NCBI RefSeq assembly: GCF_004010195.1
Contig: NC_057750.1
Coordinates: forward strand, 10,289,132 to 10,347,302
From: Chiloscyllium plagiosum
Taxonomy: Eukaryota
Reading direction: 5' to 3'
DNA: 58,171 bases
The position numbers were made by a program, and so were the translations under genes. The notes beneath the pieces are model-generated. The model saw only the letters and a program-made list of their open reading frames with translations. It ran no database searches and had not been told where the DNA came from. This document shows positions 25,359 to 37,234 of this stretch, one piece after another. Each line of letters begins with the position of its first letter. Position 1 is the stretch's first letter.

Positions 25359-25784
25359 AACTGTAACAAGAGTCTATCATCAACGTTTGATGGTCAAGGA
25401 CATCAAATTTTGAAGATTCAGAAGACATTTTGAATAATTCCTTCAGACTGGCGAAATCAATTGTATCTTCTGACCATCTTGAGTGGCCCATACTTTCTCT
25501 TAGGTTGAGTGCACATTCTTCTGCAGCCATTGAACCTTTTCCTTGGTGGAGCAGTTACGTTGATCTTTGGTGATTGGGTCCTGAGCTGGTTGAGGTTCTT
25601 TGACTGACTGTAGAATTTAAAGAGCAAAGCATGCACTGGGGGGTGAGAAGCGCCCGTTTCTACTGACGTACACTTGTTCCTTTTGTCTTGGCCCCTGTAT
25701 TGTAACGAGCATTCCCTTGATTTTGTGCAGTGTGTGCCCACATCAGTTTCAGCTGGGTGTAATTTCATTCTGCCAAAGCGAACC

Positions 25785-26015
25785 TTTCCCACCCAGTTCA
25801 AGGAAGGCACGTGAACAAGAGGAGGACAAAAGATGTATTTCGAAGACTCCCTCAAGAAATGCAACATAGATGTCAACATGTGGGAGACTCTCGTCAAGGA
25901 GGTCTGTTTTTCCTGGAGGAAAGGATGCAATTCTTTGCGAACAAGTGGGACCAGATGAAAAAGAACTGGAGCAAGACCCACCTCCCGGAAGCACCTGACA
26001 AGCACGTGGTCAGAC
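25785..26015 (+). mobile_element. RTE-clade LINE C-terminal fragment
   Basis: RGGQKMYFEDSLKKCNIDVNMWETLV resembles the RTE GGQ.KR.KD.LK..LK.C.I...WE motif. Confidence 0.6.
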
Positions 26016-26023
26016 ATGCTTGG

Positions 26024-26358
26024 TGGCACGGTGGCACAGTGGTTGTGGGCAGCATGGCGGCACAGTGGTTAGCACTGCTGCCTCACAGCGCCAGAGACCC
26101 GGGTTCAATTCCCACCTCAGGCGACTGACTATGTGGAGTTTGCACATTCTCCCCGTGTCTGCGTGGGTTTCCTCCGGGTGCTCCGGTTTCCTCCCACAGT
26201 CCAAAGATGTGCAGGTTAGGTGAATTGGCCATGCTAAATTGCCCCATAGTGTTAGATAAGGGGTAAATGTAGGGGTATGGGTGGGTTGCGCTTCGGCGGG
26301 GCGGTGTGGACTTGTTGGGCCAAAGGGCCTGTTTCCACACTAAGTAATCTAAAATCTA
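26024..26358 (+). mobile_element. Full-length, little-diverged HE1 SINE with duplicated head
   Basis: A box tggcggcacagtgg, B box ggttcaattcc, V-domain, tail. Confidence 0.9.
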
Positions 26359-27489
26359 TAACATGTGATGCGCAGGGACTGGGATCCTCAGTCACACAAT
26401 GACCCACAGAACCCATGCGATTTCGTCAGTGCACAGTTATACTTGTTAGCAAGTATTTGCCAATGATGAAGAGTTTAATTCTCCTCAAACAAGGGATTTT
26501 CTCACCCCGTACAGTAACAGTGACCCTAGTATTGAGTTTGAAATGCACCTGTGTATGGTACGTGTCACCTCTGCTCCAGATGAGTCACCTTTTACCTTTC
26601 AGAAATGTTTGATTTGTATCTTTCAAAGGTGAGATATCCTCAAATTATGATATCCATTCGTATGAATGTTTGTCATGGTTTTCTGTGTTTTCATCCAAAT
26701 ATGCATTTCCTTTGTGCAAGTGAACATGATCGGTTCTGTGGTTCAGTGGTTGCTTTTAAACTCTGCACACCCTCTGGAAAAGTCCCATTTTCTAACAAGG
26801 ACACCAGTGTGATAGAACTGTGCATGGTGACTGTCAGTTTCTTAACTCCCTATCTGGAACATCAAAGGACTTAAAGACATTTTGAGTTGGAATATCACGT
26901 GACTTTTGTTTTGACTTGAAGAAAGTCGACAAAGTTGGATGAATGTCTTGTTGAATCGCCTGTGGGGCAATCCGGAACAAGAGGTTATTGTTTCAGGATA
27001 AAGGATAGCAGATTTACTACAGAGATGAAGAGAAATGACTTCTCTCAAAGGCTTGTGAATCTGTGGAATTCACGGCACCCGTACCCCCCACCCGTTCCCG
27101 GGTGTAAGGAAAATTTTAATTAGCAATGGATGGAAGGGTTATGGAGAGCCCACAGGAAAGTGGAATTGAGGCGGCAGTGACAGCAGAGCAGACTCAAGGG
27201 GCTGAATGGCCTACATTTGCTCCCTGGCTGGGGGCTCCAAGGGGCAAAATTTTAAAAAAAGGACATGCCACTTAGATATGGAGCTTCTGCTTTTTATTTA
27301 GAGGGTTGTAAACCTTTAGAATACTCTTAACACAGAGTCGTGGAAGTCAGTCTTTGAGTATATTTAAGGCAGAGATTGATAGCATTCTGGTTACCAGTGG
27401 GGTACATGGTAATGGGGTTAAGGTGAGTTGAAGTCATTGAAGTGTTCAATCAGCCATGATCACACTGAACAGTAGGGCAGGCTTGTTGG

Positions 27490-27805
27490 GCTTGGTTAGC
27501 GCTGCTGCCTCACAGCACCAGGGTCCCAGGTTCGATTCCAGCCTCATGCAACTGTCTGTGTGGAGTTTGCACATTCTCCCCTTATCTGCGTGGGTTTGCT
27601 CCAGGTGCTCCAGCTTCCTCCCACAATCCAGAGTTGTGCAGGTTGGGTGAATTGGCCATGCTAAATGGTCCATAGTGTTCAGGTATGTGTAGGTTAGGTG
27701 CATTGGTCAGGGGTAAATATGGGATAGTAGAGAGTGGGTCTGGGTTGGTTACTTTTCAGTATGGACTTGTTGGGTTGGAGGTCCTGTTCTATGATCTTCT
27801 ATAAT
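27490..27805 (+). mobile_element. HE1 SINE
   Basis: B box and V-domain. Confidence 0.8.
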
Positions 27806-29261
27806 GATCTATGACGGTACTGTGATGAGCAGCCTGGTATTGGTGGCATGCCCTTTAATTTCAGCTGTCTTGCCCTCTCCGTGGGGCACTCCTGACACAT
27901 TTCCCATAGCAGGCAACAAGAAACGGTGTGCGTTTGACACCTTCGGAGGTTGTCAATGGGTGCGATGGAGACGGCGACAGGTGGTCTGGTTAACGTGTTC
28001 ACTCGCCATTCCTATCGTTTTGCGGTCAGCATTTTGGCTCAGTCTCTGTGCTAGGGAGGAGTCCAGCCTAGTAACCACCAATGTACAGTAACTGTCCTGC
28101 CAGTGTGGGGAAAGCCCAGCCTGTGCTGTTGTGGCTGAGCCTGTCAGTCAGCACTCTGGCCTCAGGCTCCTGGGTCTGTGTTTGCACAGCTCCGGAACCT
28201 GTTCCTATCCGGCATTATGCCATCCCAGCTGGAGTGAGATTTCCTCTCACTGTCGCACCATCAAGTAACAGTGAAATTCATTCAAACCAACTCCCTCAGG
28301 GTGCATTCTGTCACAGGGAGGATCAGACCAGCATTTATTGCCCATCCCTAATTGTTCTTTAACTGAATGGCTCATCAGACCATTCCAGAGGGCAGTTAGA
28401 GTCAATCACAGTGGGTCTGGAGCTATGTGTGGGCCAGACTGGGTAACGACATTGATCCCCTTACTGAAAGAGGACATTAGAGAACCGGATTGATTTCTAC
28501 AGACTGATTTCATTTTTATTTCCAGATTTTTTTGGTTTATAATTGAATTTAAACCCCACCATGTGTTGCTGCTGGATTTGAACCCAGTTCCCCAGAGCAT
28601 TAGCCTGTGTCTCTGGATTATTACTCTAGTGCAGTTATTATTAAGCCATCATCTCCCCTTTATCTCTGTTGCTGAGTTTCTCTAGCTTTGTTTGCTTTTG
28701 TTTGTTTCAGATTTCCACCAGTTCTTTGTTTTATATGAATAGAAGCAGCAGTAGGCCATTCAGCCCATGCTTCACTGGTCTAGATTATGACTTTTCCATC
28801 TTCTCCCTGAAAGCCAATGTTTCTGCACTATCTTCATATTCCTTATCAGAGAGTCCCTACAGGGTGGAAGCATGTCATTTGGCTCGTCAAGTCTATACTG
28901 AACCTCCAATTAATGACTTTTTTAATATCTGGAAATCTGTTTATCTTTTGCTTGAATATGCTCTGGGTAATCCAAGATGGAGGATGGGAAAAATTTCTGG
29001 CTGTAACAGCTGCTCCTTTTTTGAGGTATTTTAGGTGCTGGAGGTGATTTCCTCAAATTCCAGGAGCAGCAATTACTGTTTTATATGCTGTTGCATAGTT
29101 TTGGAACTTTGGGGAACAAAAAAACAGCAGTTTTAAAAGGGAGAAGAACAGACAAAGGAAGCACACGATGAGGAAAGTGCAGGAGAGAGAGAAAGAAACT
29201 GACACCACAGTGAACCTGTACAGTTACTGCCTTTGCTGTTTGAATTCATGTATCGCTGGCA

Positions 29262-29490
29262 CGCAGAGGGTGGTATGTGTATGGAATGAGCTGCCAGAGG
29301 AAGTGGTGGAGGCTGGTACAATTGCAACATTTAAAAGGCATTTGGATGGGTACATGAATAGGAAGGGGTTAGGGGGATATGGGCCAGGTGCTGGCAAGTG
29401 GGACTATATTGGATTGGGATATCTGGTTGGCATGGACAGGTTGGACCGAAGGGTCTGTTTCCATGCTGTACATCTCTATGACTCTATAAC
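29262..29490 (+). mobile_element. HER1/CR1 3' end
   Basis: TQRVVCVWNELPEEVVEAGTIATFKRHLD. Confidence 0.85.
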
Positions 29491-29942
29491 TCAATGACTA
29501 AGCTTCCTCAGGCCTCTTGGGTCAAGATTTCCAAAGATTCATCCTGCTCTGAATGCAGAGATGCCTCTTCATCTCAGCCCTCAATCCCTTGTTTTGAGAC
29601 TGTTCCCCCCAATTCTGGATACCCTTAGTATATGGGAAACATTGTTCCTGTGTCTACCCTATTGGTCCATGTAAGAATTTTGTATGCTTCAAGGAGATCA
29701 CCTTTTGTTCTTCTCAACATTAAATCCCAGTCTCAATCTCTCCTGAGGCAAACCAGGCTGTCACATGGTGTGGTAAAATATGCAGGGGGAAGGTGATATG
29801 TAAACAGTCTAGTGACTTTACTGACCCAGTTCCTATCTGCCCCTTTCCCTGCTCCCAGTTGCCTTCTGTGATCCCTAACCGTTCATGTCTGCTGAAGGTC
29901 TGCATCATGCCACTATTTTCTTAAATTGGTCTGAATCAAGGT

Positions 29943-30775
29943 TGAGTCAAAGAGTGAGGCGCTGGAAAAGCGCAGCCGGTTAGGCAGCATCATAGGAGCA
30001 AGAGAGTCAATATTTCGAGCATAAGCCCTTCATCAGGAATGTTGGGGGCCCAAGGGGGCTGAGAGATAAATGGGAGAGGGAGTGGGGGTGGGGGGAAGGT
30101 AGCTGGGTATGCAATAGGTAGATGAAGGTGGGGGAATGATGGTGATAGGTCAGAGTGAAGGGTGGAGCAGATAGATGGGAAGGAAGATGGACAGGTAAGA
30201 TTAGATTTCCTACAGTTTGGAAACGGGCCCTTCAGTCCAACAAGTCCACACTGACCGTCTGAAGAGTAACCCACCCAGACCCATTCCCCTACTCTATATT
30301 TACCCCTCACTTGACAATTTGGCATGGCCAATTCACCTGGCCTGCACATCTTTGGATTATGGGAGGAAACCGGAGCACCTGGAGGAAACCCACACAGGCA
30401 TGGGGAGAATGTACAAACTCCACACAGACAGTTGTCCGAGGCTGGAATCAAACCCAGGTCCCTTGCGATGTGAGGCAGCAGTGTTAACCACTGAGCCAGC
30501 ATGCTGCCCTCAAGAGGGTAGTGCCAGGTCTAGAGGGTTGGATCTGGGATAAGGTGGGGGGAGGGGAGATAAGGAATCTAGTGAAATCAACATTGATCCT
30601 GAGTGGTTGGAGGGTCCCAAGGTGGAAGATGAGATGTACATCCTCCTTCACTTCTGGCATCTGGTGGCTAGAATTTGGTGGTGGAGGAGGCCCAGACTTG
30701 CATGTCATTGGTGGAGAGGGAGGGGAAGTTGAAGTGTTCGGCCACAGGCTGGTGGGGTTGATTGGTGCGTGTGTG
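29943..30775 (-). mobile_element. Penelope-like family A fragment interrupted by HE1 (30199-30505)
   Basis: HLIFHLGTLQPLRINVDF; hammerhead ~30008-30040; HE1 inserted inside. Confidence 0.75.
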
Positions 30776-30809
30776 AATCCTCATTAGTTTTATTGATGAA
30801 ACTAATTTT

Positions 30810-31365
30810 TAAAATTTCTTTTTGTGATGTGGTCATTGCTGTCTAGATCAGCATTTGGTTGCCAATCCCTAATTGCCCCTTGAGAAGGTGGCTATGAGCT
30901 GCTTTGTTGAGCAGCTGAATGTCAATGTGCTGTGTATTGACCCTTAAGGAAGGAATTCCAGGATTATGACCAGTGACACTGAAAGAATGGAGATATATTT
31001 GCAAGTCATGATGAGTGGTGTGGAGGGAAACCTATGGGGGCTGGTGTTCCAATATATTTGCTTCTCTTGTCCTTCTGGACAATAGAGTCCTGGGTTTGGA
31101 AGATGCTGTCTCAGAAGCCATGGTGAATTTCTGCGTTACATCTCGTAGATAGTACACACAGCTGCTACTGAGCATCAGTGGTGGAGGGAGTGAATGCTTG
31201 TGGATGTGGTGCCAATCAAGCGGGCTGCTTTGTCCTGGGTGGTGTCAAACTTCTTGAGTGTTGTTGGAGCTGCACTCATCCACACAAGTAGGGGAGTATT
31301 CCTCACACTCCTGACTTGTATTTTGTTGATTGGTGAACAGACTTTGGGGAGTCAGAAATTGAGTT
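30810..31365 (-). mobile_element. Old LINE 3' fragment (CR1/L2 group) sharing its tail with the second SINE family
   Basis: Minus tail ccttctcaagggg-caattagggattggcaa matches the SINE tail. Related pieces at ~49340-50540 and ~54975-55200. Confidence 0.55.
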
Positions 31366-31454
31366 CCTTACTGGGGAGAAAGGCCATGCTCATGACCTCA
31401 TCTCCCTCCCTATTCCTAAAGATCCCAAATTTTGTTGCCTCATGGCTTCTGTGT

Positions 31455-31910
31455 AGATAGAGGTTTATAAAATCATGAGGGGCATGGATAGGTTGATTAA
31501 TCACGGTCTTTTCCCCAAGGTAGGGGAGTCCAAAACTAGACGGCAGAAGGGAAAGATTTAAAAGGGACCTAAGGGGTAGCTTTTTCATGTAGAGGGTGGT
31601 TCATGTATGGAATGAACTGCCAGAAGAAGTGGTGGCAACTTTTACAATCACAACACTTAAAATGTATCTGGATGAGTACATGATTAGGAGATTTTAGAGG
31701 GATATGGGCCAATTGCTGGCAAATAGGATTAATTTAGGATATCTGGTTGGCATGGATGAGTTGGGCCGAAGGGTTTGTTTCCATGTTGTACATCTTCCTG
31801 AAGAAGGGCTTATGCCCGAAACGTCAATTCTCCTGCTCCTTGGATGCTGCCTGACCTGCTGCGCTTTTCCAGCAACACATTTTTTAGTACATCTCAATGA
31901 CTCTATAACT
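31455..31910 (+). mobile_element. HER1/CR1 3' fragment with solo Penelope-like repeat (31796-31886) inserted in its tail
   Basis: TSD gtacatct at 31788-31795 and 31887-31894; intact hammerhead core 31798-31825. Confidence 0.78.
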
Positions 31911-32660
31911 TCCTGACCCTTCAGATCCTCATTCTCCCTCCCTCTGTGGGAGCTCTGATGGTAAGGTCGACACCGTATTTGGCTGCACTCATGGCTGAAT
32001 GATGGGGCCATCATGGAAATGTCATTTGCCTAGGAACCCAGACATATGCCCTGGGAGTTCATGGATTCAAATCCCACCACGTGAGCTGGTGAAATTTATA
32101 TTCGAATTTACATAAAATCTGGAAATTCAAGCTTGTCTCAGTGAAATTATCACCGGTTGTCATGAAAGCCCATCTGGTTCACTGATGCCTTTTGGGGAAA
32201 GAAATCTGCCATTGTTTCCTGGTGTGGCCTACCCACAACTCCAGACCCATAGCAATGTGGTTGACTCTTAACTGCTGTCTGAAATAGCCTGAGCAAGTTC
32301 AAATTTAAGGGCAGTCAGAGGATGGGCAAATACGTTCTGCCCAATGGTTCAGACATTTCCGAAAAGAACAAAGAATGCAGAGTGACCCCCATATCCACGA
32401 AATTGTTTTCCACAGTTTCAGTTACTTAAGGTTTACCGCGGCTGGAACATATTATGGGGAAACTTTTGGGATCAGAGGGCTGCCGGGAAGGTACATTTCC
32501 TATTTAAATGAAATGGTTTCAGGCTTCTGCAGTCGGTTTGGGAATGTACCTCCTGTGGGTACATGGGAACTACTGTATCTCCAGAACATTAGCCTGGGTC
32601 TCTGGATCACAAATGCAGTTATTCTACCCCATCTCCCCTTATCTTTGTACAATTGGCTCT

Positions 32661-32956
32661 GTCCATTTATGCCTGAGTCCATTTATGCCTGAGTCCATTT
32701 ATGCCTGAGTCCATTTATGCCTGAGTCCATTTATGCCTGAGTCCATTTATGCCTGAGTCCATTTATGCCTGAGTCCATTTATGCCTGAGTCCATTTATGC
32801 CTGAGTCCATTTATGCCTGAGTCCATTTATGCCTGAGTCCATTTATGCCTGAGTCCATTTATGCCTGAGTCCATTTATGCCTGAGTCCATTTATGCCTGA
32901 GTCCATTTATGCCTGAGTCCATTTATGCCTGAGTCCATTTATGCCTGAGTCCATTT
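32661..32956. repeat. Perfect 16-bp minisatellite (gtccatttatgcctga) x ~18
   Basis: Identical tandem units. Confidence 0.97.
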
Positions 32957-33778
32957 GCTTCTGTAACCCTTATCCACTAGTGTGTCCAATGAATCCAACT
33001 CTCTCCCGGCTGATGACACACCTTCCCTCTCGCCTTGATCCTCTCAGTAAACCTGAGTTCCGTTGACGATCTTTACTTGTCTGTTCTAACCCGCACCACA
33101 TCATGTTCCTGTACTTGCTGACCTCAGTGAATTCCCATTCTGCGACAGCTCAACTTCAACATTCGTGTCCTTGTTCAGCAATCCCTCCAATGGCCTCATT
33201 CCTCCTTCTTCCCTACCTCTGCGATCTCCCCCAAATCTCTCAACACTCCCAAGTTACCTACCCTCCTCCACTTTCAGCTTGTTGCACAGTCACTGCTCCC
33301 CCACCTCAATTTCCATCAGCCCTTTAAAGAGGCTCTCAAGAGAGAGAATGCGAATCTTAAGGGGTCTGAATTCCACAGAATCCATAAAGCAGCAAGATTT
33401 GGGATTTTGGGAATGGTGAGGAGTCATGAGCATCCGTTCTGAGTTCTCTGCACCTTCTTTAAAAAAAAATATTCATTTACAGGATGAAGGTATCACTAGC
33501 CAGGTCAGCATTTATTGCCCATTCCAGAAGGCAGTTAAGAGACAACCACATTCTTGTGGGTCTGGAGTCACATGTAGGCCAGACCAGGTAAACATGGCAA
33601 CTTCCTTCCCTAAAGGACATCAGTGAACCAGATGGGTTTTTCTAACAATTGACAACAGATTCGTAGTCATCATTCGATTCTTAATTCCAGATATTTATTG
33701 AATTCTAATTCCACCATCTGCCGTGGCAGGATTTGAACCTGGGTCAATAGAACATTACCTGAGTCTCTGGATTAACAG

Positions 33779-33961
33779 CTGAAAATGTGTTGCTGGAAAA
33801 GCGCAGCAGGTCAGGCAGCATCCAAGGAACAGGAGAATCGACGTTTCGGGCATAACCCCGTCGATTCTCCTGTTCCTGGGATGTTGCCTGACCTGCTGCG
33901 CTTTTCCAGCAACACATTTTCAGCTCTGATCTCCAGCATCTGCAGTCCTCACTTTCTCCTT
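33779..33961. mobile_element. Fold-back Penelope-like insertion with 13-bp TSD inside a SINE
   Basis: Near-perfect ~67-bp inverted arms; tctggattaacag at 33766-33778 and 33962-33974. Confidence 0.8.
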
Positions 33962-34344
33962 TCTGGATTAACAGTCTAGCAAAAATACCACTTAGCCATT
34001 GCCTCCCCAACCTCACTCAAGTCACTCCTTAAGCTCACTGGACCCATTCCTGGGATGACGCCACTGTCTTACGAGGAGATATTGAGGACGCTGGGTCTCT
34101 ATTTTCTGGAGTTTAGAGGAATGAGAGGTGATGTTCTTTGCCCAGCCAAAATTCTCACAGGATAAAAACAGGAAGGATGTTTCCTTTGACTGGGAAGGGG
34201 ATTCTAGAACCAGGGGACACGGTGTCAGAATAAGATCTCAGCCCATCGGGATTGAAATGAGGAATCTCTTTGCTAAGAGAGCGGGGAATCCTTGGAAATC
34301 TCATTGAGGAGAATGAGATCAATTGAGTTCTCGGCTTTTAAAGA

Positions 34345-34575
34345 TTTCACAAGAGGTGGAGATGGTTTGCGTGGTGATTGGAACCAGGTCTGGGTGAATC
34401 TCATTGACTATGAGATCCTTGATTGTGGTTGTTAACCTAGGCCAACCAGGGAGCCCTGGCTGACAGATATAAACTGGCAATCCAGAGAGTCTCCTCAGTC
34501 GAGGGACTGGCTTTGAGCTGGCCGGTCAGAGAAACATGTAAATAAAGGGATACTGGCCTCAGTGCATTTATTTCA
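34345..34575 (+). mobile_element. Possible solo LTR inserted in a CR1 fragment
   Basis: TATAAA ~34468, AATAAA ~34542, ends in ...tttCA where CR1 sequence resumes; 5' boundary unclear. Confidence 0.35.
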
Positions 34576-35184
34576 GTATGGGAAAATGATGTTGAGGTGG
34601 AAGATCAGCTATGATCAGAGATGGCCTCCTCCTCCTGCTCATATTTCCTATAATCCTATTAACAATTACCTCTTTGACGGAGCTTTTGGGCCTCCACACT
34701 AACATCTCCTTATCTGGGGCTCAGTGTCACAAATTGACAGGGCTCGCTGCAGTGAAAGCACCTTAATTTGCCTACGTTGAGGGCGCTATGGTAATGCAAA
34801 CTGCTGCTTGTGTTGCCTCAAGCTGCTGCGCAAAGCCACAGCAGTGATGAAGGAACCCGGGGCTGTGACGAAGGTGGTGATGCCTGCGCTCTCAGCATGT
34901 GATGTCAATTGCAGGCACTAATCTGGCTAGTGCAGTCACTGCTGGCTTGGCAGACAGCTGGTGGGCCCAGGCTCTGTGTGAAAGCCAGCAGTCGAGAGGA
35001 AACCAGGTCACCTGCCCCGACACAGTCAGACCTCAGCCCCCTGTCTCCAGGAGTGCTCCAGTGCCTCCTTGATTGCAGCTCCTCCAGACTCAAGATTTTA
35101 AAACAGCTTCTCTATGTGGCGTTTGCCCAGGTACCCCAGGCAGAAGCTGAAAGCATTCAAAGCAGGTTGAGGGCATTCCTTGGG

Positions 35185-35808
35185 CGGCTTGGTGACTCAA
35201 TGGTTAGCACTGCTGCCTCAAAGCATCAGGGACCAGGGTTTGATTCTAGCCTCAGCCGACGGTCTTTGTGGAGTTTGCACATTCTCTCTGTCCCTGCGTG
35301 GGTTTCCTCCCACAATCCAAAGATTAGATTAGATTAGATTCCCTACAGTGCGGAAACAGACCCTTCGGCCCAACCAGTCCACACCGATCCTCTGAAGAGC
35401 AACCCTTCCAGACCCATTTCCCTCTGACTAATGCACCTAGCATAATGGGCAATTTAGCATGGCCAATTCGTCTGACCTGCACATCTTTGGACTGTGGGAA
35501 GAAACCAGAGCACCTGGAGGAAACCCACGCAGACACGGGGAGAATGTGCAAGCTCCACACAGTCGCCCAAGGCTGGAATTGAACCTGGGCCCCTGGTGCT
35601 GTGAGGCAGCGGTGCTAACCACTGAGCTACCGTGATGTGCAGATTAGGATGAATTGGCCGTGCTAAATTTTCCATAATGTTCAGGGATGTGTAGGTTGGG
35701 TGCATTAGTCAGGGGTAAATGTAGGGAAGGGGAACAGGTCTGGGTGGGATACACTTCAGAGCTTGTTGGGCCGAAGGGTCTGTTTCCACATTTTAGGATT
35801 CTATGATT
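35185..35808. mobile_element. Nested HE1 SINEs (minus copy 35323-35632 inside plus copy)
   Basis: Plus copy breaks at ccaaagat and resumes at gatgtgcag. Confidence 0.85.
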
Positions 35809-36721
35809 CCCACAGTCAATTTGGACATTTTCCTACACCTTTTAGCTCGGGCCTTCCTTGCTGGTCATGCTGCAAGGGGCAACTTGTTAAAAACCAAGCC
35901 AACGCTTTTTCAGCAAAAATCCAAAAGATTAAAGGATTGAGAAAGAAAGAGTTTAGATTACAACTATTCTCTGATCAACCTGTTCAGAGCAGGTGGGACT
36001 TGAACCCCGGCCTTCCGTCCCAGAGATAGGGTCAGTGAAAGAAAGAAAATAAGAGCAAGAGTAGGCCATTCAGCCCTTCAAGCCTGCTCTGCCATTCAAA
36101 AGTTTAACTTATAGATAACCAGCCTGTTCAGACGCACTATGACAAATGGCCAGTGTAGGTTGGGACTTGAACACTTGCCTCCTAGTTTGGAGGAAGGGAC
36201 ACCACCACCAGTGTCAAACAAGCCCTCCCATTTTACATTACTTATGTTACAACGTGATTCAAAGATGTTCGAATTATGTTCGGCATGGACTAGTTGGTCT
36301 GAAGGGTCTATTTCCGTGCTGTGTGACTCTGACGTCTGGAGTAGATTGGGCATGAACCCAGGGCTCAGAGGTGAAGACACTGAAACATGGAAAACAGGAG
36401 CAGGAGTAGGACATTCAGCCCTCCGAGCCTGCTGTACCACTCAATACGATCATCCAACTCAATACCCCATGTTCCTGCTTTCTCCCCATCCCCCAACCAG
36501 CCCGAAGAACTGTATCTAACATTCTGTTGAAAACGTTCAATATTTTAGCTTGTGGGTTTTGTTCAGTGCAACATTCAGGTAAGTTTCATCTTTAGTTCTC
36601 AGGGGCATTAAAGACTAGACACAGAGGCAGCTTTGGCAGCTCCTGGTGATCTTAAGGGGGAGGGGATGGCCTTGTTTTATCCAGAGACTATTAATCCAGA
36701 GTCCCAGGTAATGTTCAGGGG

Positions 36722-36925
36722 AAAACAAAACATGCGGGAGATCATAGTGGGTCTGGCAGCATCCATGGAGAGACAACAAGCTAATGTTTCGAGACTAGAG
36801 AACTCTTCATACTCAGAACTCTGACAAAGAGTCATCTAGACTCAAAATCTTACCTTGTTCTCTCTCCATGGATGCTGCCTGACCCACTGTGATCTCCAGC
36901 ATTTGTTGTTTTCAGTGCAAGATTC
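36722..36925. mobile_element. Fold-back Penelope-like repeat pair (further family) inside a SINE
   Basis: Inverted arms (ggagatcatagtgggtctggcagcatccatggagaga / tctctccatggatgctgcctgacccactgtgatctcc); decayed hammerhead-like centre. Confidence 0.6.
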
Positions 36926-37234
36926 CAGCCTCTGCAGGAATGTGCTCCTGTAATGTTCGAGGGACCTGGGTTTGAATCCGAATTTTTTTAAAAATCTGGA
37001 ATTAAAAGCTAACAATAACCATTGTTGATTGTTGGAAAAATCCAACCAGTTCACTAATGCCCTTGATAAAGGGAAATCTGCCACATTTACCCAGTCTGGG
37101 CTACAGACCCACAGCAATGTACTTATCCCTTAACTGCCACAGGGCAATTAGGGATGGGCAATAAATGCCAATGATGCCCACATCCCTGTGGATAAATCAA
37201 AAACAAAGATGGGAAACTTGTCCCTTTAATGAAG

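Noticed and set aside
25457..26029. 190-aa minus-strand ORF
   Set aside because: The first half is the antisense of an RTE fragment and starts in an HE1 head; a chimeric chance ORF.
34780..35190. GC-balanced unique stretch with a 142-aa ORF
   Set aside because: Non-ATG start, runs into an HE1, no recognisable domain or convincing splice pair; a regulatory role is possible but unsupported.
35985..36385. tRNA-like B-box motifs (ggacttgaaccc)
   Set aside because: Short fragments of a tRNA-derived repeat, also seen near 22535; no complete cloverleaf.
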